IMG/VR virus record: IMGVR_UViG_3300030511_000001
Span: 17,634-81,633 of that record
Strand: one strand, 5' to 3'
Length of the DNA: 64,000 bases
Source of the DNA: a virus
Lineage: Duplodnaviria; Caudoviricetes
The translations under genes were made by a program, and so were the position numbers. This document shows positions 62,371 to 64,000 of the stretch, in pieces; positions within the stretch are counted from its first letter, which is position 1; each line of letters begins with the position of its first letter. The notes beneath the pieces were generated by a model. That model searched no databases and was not told the DNA's origin. It saw only the letters and a list, made by a program, of their open reading frames with translations.

Positions 62371-62939
62371 ACACGCCGTGCCCGGAGTGCAAGCGCATGT
62401 TCGTCGTCGAGCGCGAGGTGTTCCTCGCGTTGCAGCGTGGCGACGCTGAGGCGCTGGCGCTTACGTGCGGCCGTGCGGACTGCGCCGAACTGGCGCGAGC
62501 TCTCGCTGAAGCGGCGGAAGCGGCGAAGGCAAAGCCGGCGAGGCGGCAGAAGAAGTTCCCGCCCGAACTGCGCGAGCTCGAGGTGCCGGAGAAGGCGATC
62601 CTCTCCGCGTGCCTTCAGTACCTCGCCATCCGCGGCGTGTTCGCCTGGCGCCAGAATCAGGGTGCGATGGAGCAACAGAACCCGCACTATCGACCCGGCT
62701 ACGGGCGCAAGCCGACGCGGAAAATCCGGTTCGCTCACGTCGACGGCATCAGCGATATCATCGGCACTTACAAAGGCCGGTTCCTCGCAATCGAAACGAA
62801 ACGAGTCGGCAAAAAGCCGACCGACGATCAACGTGGTTTCCTCGAGCGCATCGACAAAGAAGGCGGCATCGCGATCGTCGCCTACAGCGTCGACGACGTG
62901 AAGAACGCGCTCGACGAAGTGGATAAGGGGCTCCGATGA
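62358..62939 (+). CDS. VRR-NUC domain nuclease
   Basis: EKAI...L, GISDII, FLAIETK..G.KP..DQ..FL..I. Confidence 0.85.
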   Translation: MARINTPCPECKRMFVVEREVFLALQRGDAEALALTCGRADCAELARALAEAAEAAKAKPARRQKKFPPELRELEVPEKAILSACLQYLAIRGVFAWRQNQGAMEQQNPHYRPGYGRKPTRKIRFAHVDGISDIIGTYKGRFLAIETKRVGKKPTDDQRGFLERIDKEGGIAIVAYSVDDVKNALDEVDKGLR

Positions 62940-63023
62940 AAGCACGCGCACCGCCGCTCGAGCTCAACGACCACCCGCACACCTTCCACCCCGACAATCG
63001 CCCCACGTCAGCGAAGGAGAAAC

Positions 63024-63395
63024 ATGGCCGAAGAACACGAACCGTTACCGACGATCGACTTCACGCTGCTCACGCAGACGATCACCGTGAAGGAAGGCGG
63101 GCAAACGCTCTCGCTCGCCGAACAACTGGACAACCTCTACCGCCAGGCCGTCGCCGAGGCGCGCTATCACGGCAAGGAGGCGTCCATCACGCTCGAGCTG
63201 AAGTTCAAGCCCGGCAGCGGCAATCAGCTCGACATCTTTCCGACCGCGAAATCGAAGCTGCCGATCGCGAAGCCGAACCCGATCCCGCTGTTCGCCAACG
63301 ACGAGGGCCAAGTGTTCGCAGAAGACCCCTCGCAGCGACCGATCCCGAAAACCGCTCAGTTCCGCACTGTGCGCGGAGGAGATAAATCGAAATGA
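63024..63395 (+). CDS. DUF2303-partner (YfdP-like) protein
   Basis: SD AAGGAG; ASITLELKFKP...KSKLP...F...G..EDP.Q. Confidence 0.65.
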   Translation: MAEEHEPLPTIDFTLLTQTITVKEGGQTLSLAEQLDNLYRQAVAEARYHGKEASITLELKFKPGSGNQLDIFPTAKSKLPIAKPNPIPLFANDEGQVFAEDPSQRPIPKTAQFRTVRGGDKSK

Positions 63396-64000
63396 CCGAC
63401 CTGAGCAAAGACGCAATCCAGCACATTCAGGACACCACGACCGCCGCGAAGCGGCAGGCTCTCATCACGCTCGATGACGGCAGCGGTCGGCGGTTCCTCT
63501 ACAACGACCGCGATCAGAAATACGACCCGGTCGACCCGTGGGTGAAGAAGGCCGACACGGTGTCGAACATCGAATCGTTCATCGATCTTGTGCTCGCCGA
63601 GGCGGCCCGCCGCGACAACGCCACGGGCGAGAAGATGAACGTCATTTTCAGCGACACCGGCGCGGTGCTCATCCCGAACACGGATGACCGTCGCGACCTG
63701 TTCACGTACATCCGCAAGCCGAGCATTCACTGGAAGACGCTGACGGACGGTCTCGACAAGGCAATGCCGCATAAGCAGTTCCTCACGTGGCTCGAGTCGC
63801 TGCGGCCCATCATCGGAATCGACACCGGCACGGCGGACAAGCCACAGTTCGTCTCGCAGTACGCCGAGATCGCCTCGGCGTTCCGCGTGCTCCGTCTTTC
63901 GACGAAGGCGAAGATGCTCTCCGAACCGCTGCTCAACGACGCCGGCACGAAGGGCTCCACGATCGACTTCAAGATCGAGGTTGCCGGAGTCGCCGGCGGC
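63392..64000 (+). CDS. DUF2303 (YfdQ-like) protein, runs off the window edge
   Basis: ESFIDLV...W..L...M..KQF..WLE; follows its usual partner. Confidence 0.65.
   Translation, partial: MTDLSKDAIQHIQDTTTAAKRQALITLDDGSGRRFLYNDRDQKYDPVDPWVKKADTVSNIESFIDLVLAEAARRDNATGEKMNVIFSDTGAVLIPNTDDRRDLFTYIRKPSIHWKTLTDGLDKAMPHKQFLTWLESLRPIIGIDTGTADKPQFVSQYAEIASAFRVLRLSTKAKMLSEPLLNDAGTKGSTIDFKIEVAGVAGG

Noticed and set aside
62936-63385. 149-aa ORF MKARAPP... overlapping 63024-63395
   Set aside because: The overlapping frame has a strong SD and a recognisable DUF2303-partner pattern, so this frame is likely spurious.
1-64000. CRISPR array, rRNA, canonical tRNA, integrase/transposase, reverse transcriptase/DGR
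   Set aside because: No regularly spaced repeats, no complete canonical cloverleaf, and no Tyr/Ser recombinase, DDE or YxDD RT motifs recognised in the window.

Overview
The whole 64-kb window is part of one high-GC tailed dsDNA phage or phage-plasmid genome (Caudoviricetes, siphovirus-like), with no recognisable host genes. Layout: 1-17.9 kb holds dozens of small early/accessory ORFs plus a HerA/DUF87-like ATPase. 18.1-48.9 kb is the virion module: MuF-like minor head, scaffold, P22-type coat, endolysin and lipoprotein, neck proteins, tail tube, chaperone with a -1 frameshift, 1913-aa tape measure, baseplate proteins, tail tip, and a 13x IPT/TIG fibre. 48.9-64 kb covers regulation, recombination and replication: XRE regulators, Mgm101/Rad52-like annealase, MazG-like protein, C5 DNA methyltransferase, ASCH, PD-(D/E)XK nuclease, VRR-NUC and DUF2303. 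Terminase, portal and integrase are not seen in the window. The most notable signals are: (1) a host-style oriC (DnaA boxes plus DnaA-trio-like tract) and a perfect chromosomal-type parS; (2) three tRNA-mimicking or structured ncRNA candidates (a ~280-nt end-paired RNA behind a coiled-coil gene, a YrlA-like circularly permuted tRNA mimic, and a tRNA-Sec-like RNA with a broken anticodon loop); (3) two adjacent tail genes whose C-terminal ends appear reciprocally swapped; (4) two repeated promoter/operator systems (5 and 13 copies), several driving leaderless genes. All assignments come from manual motif reading; no database searches were run.
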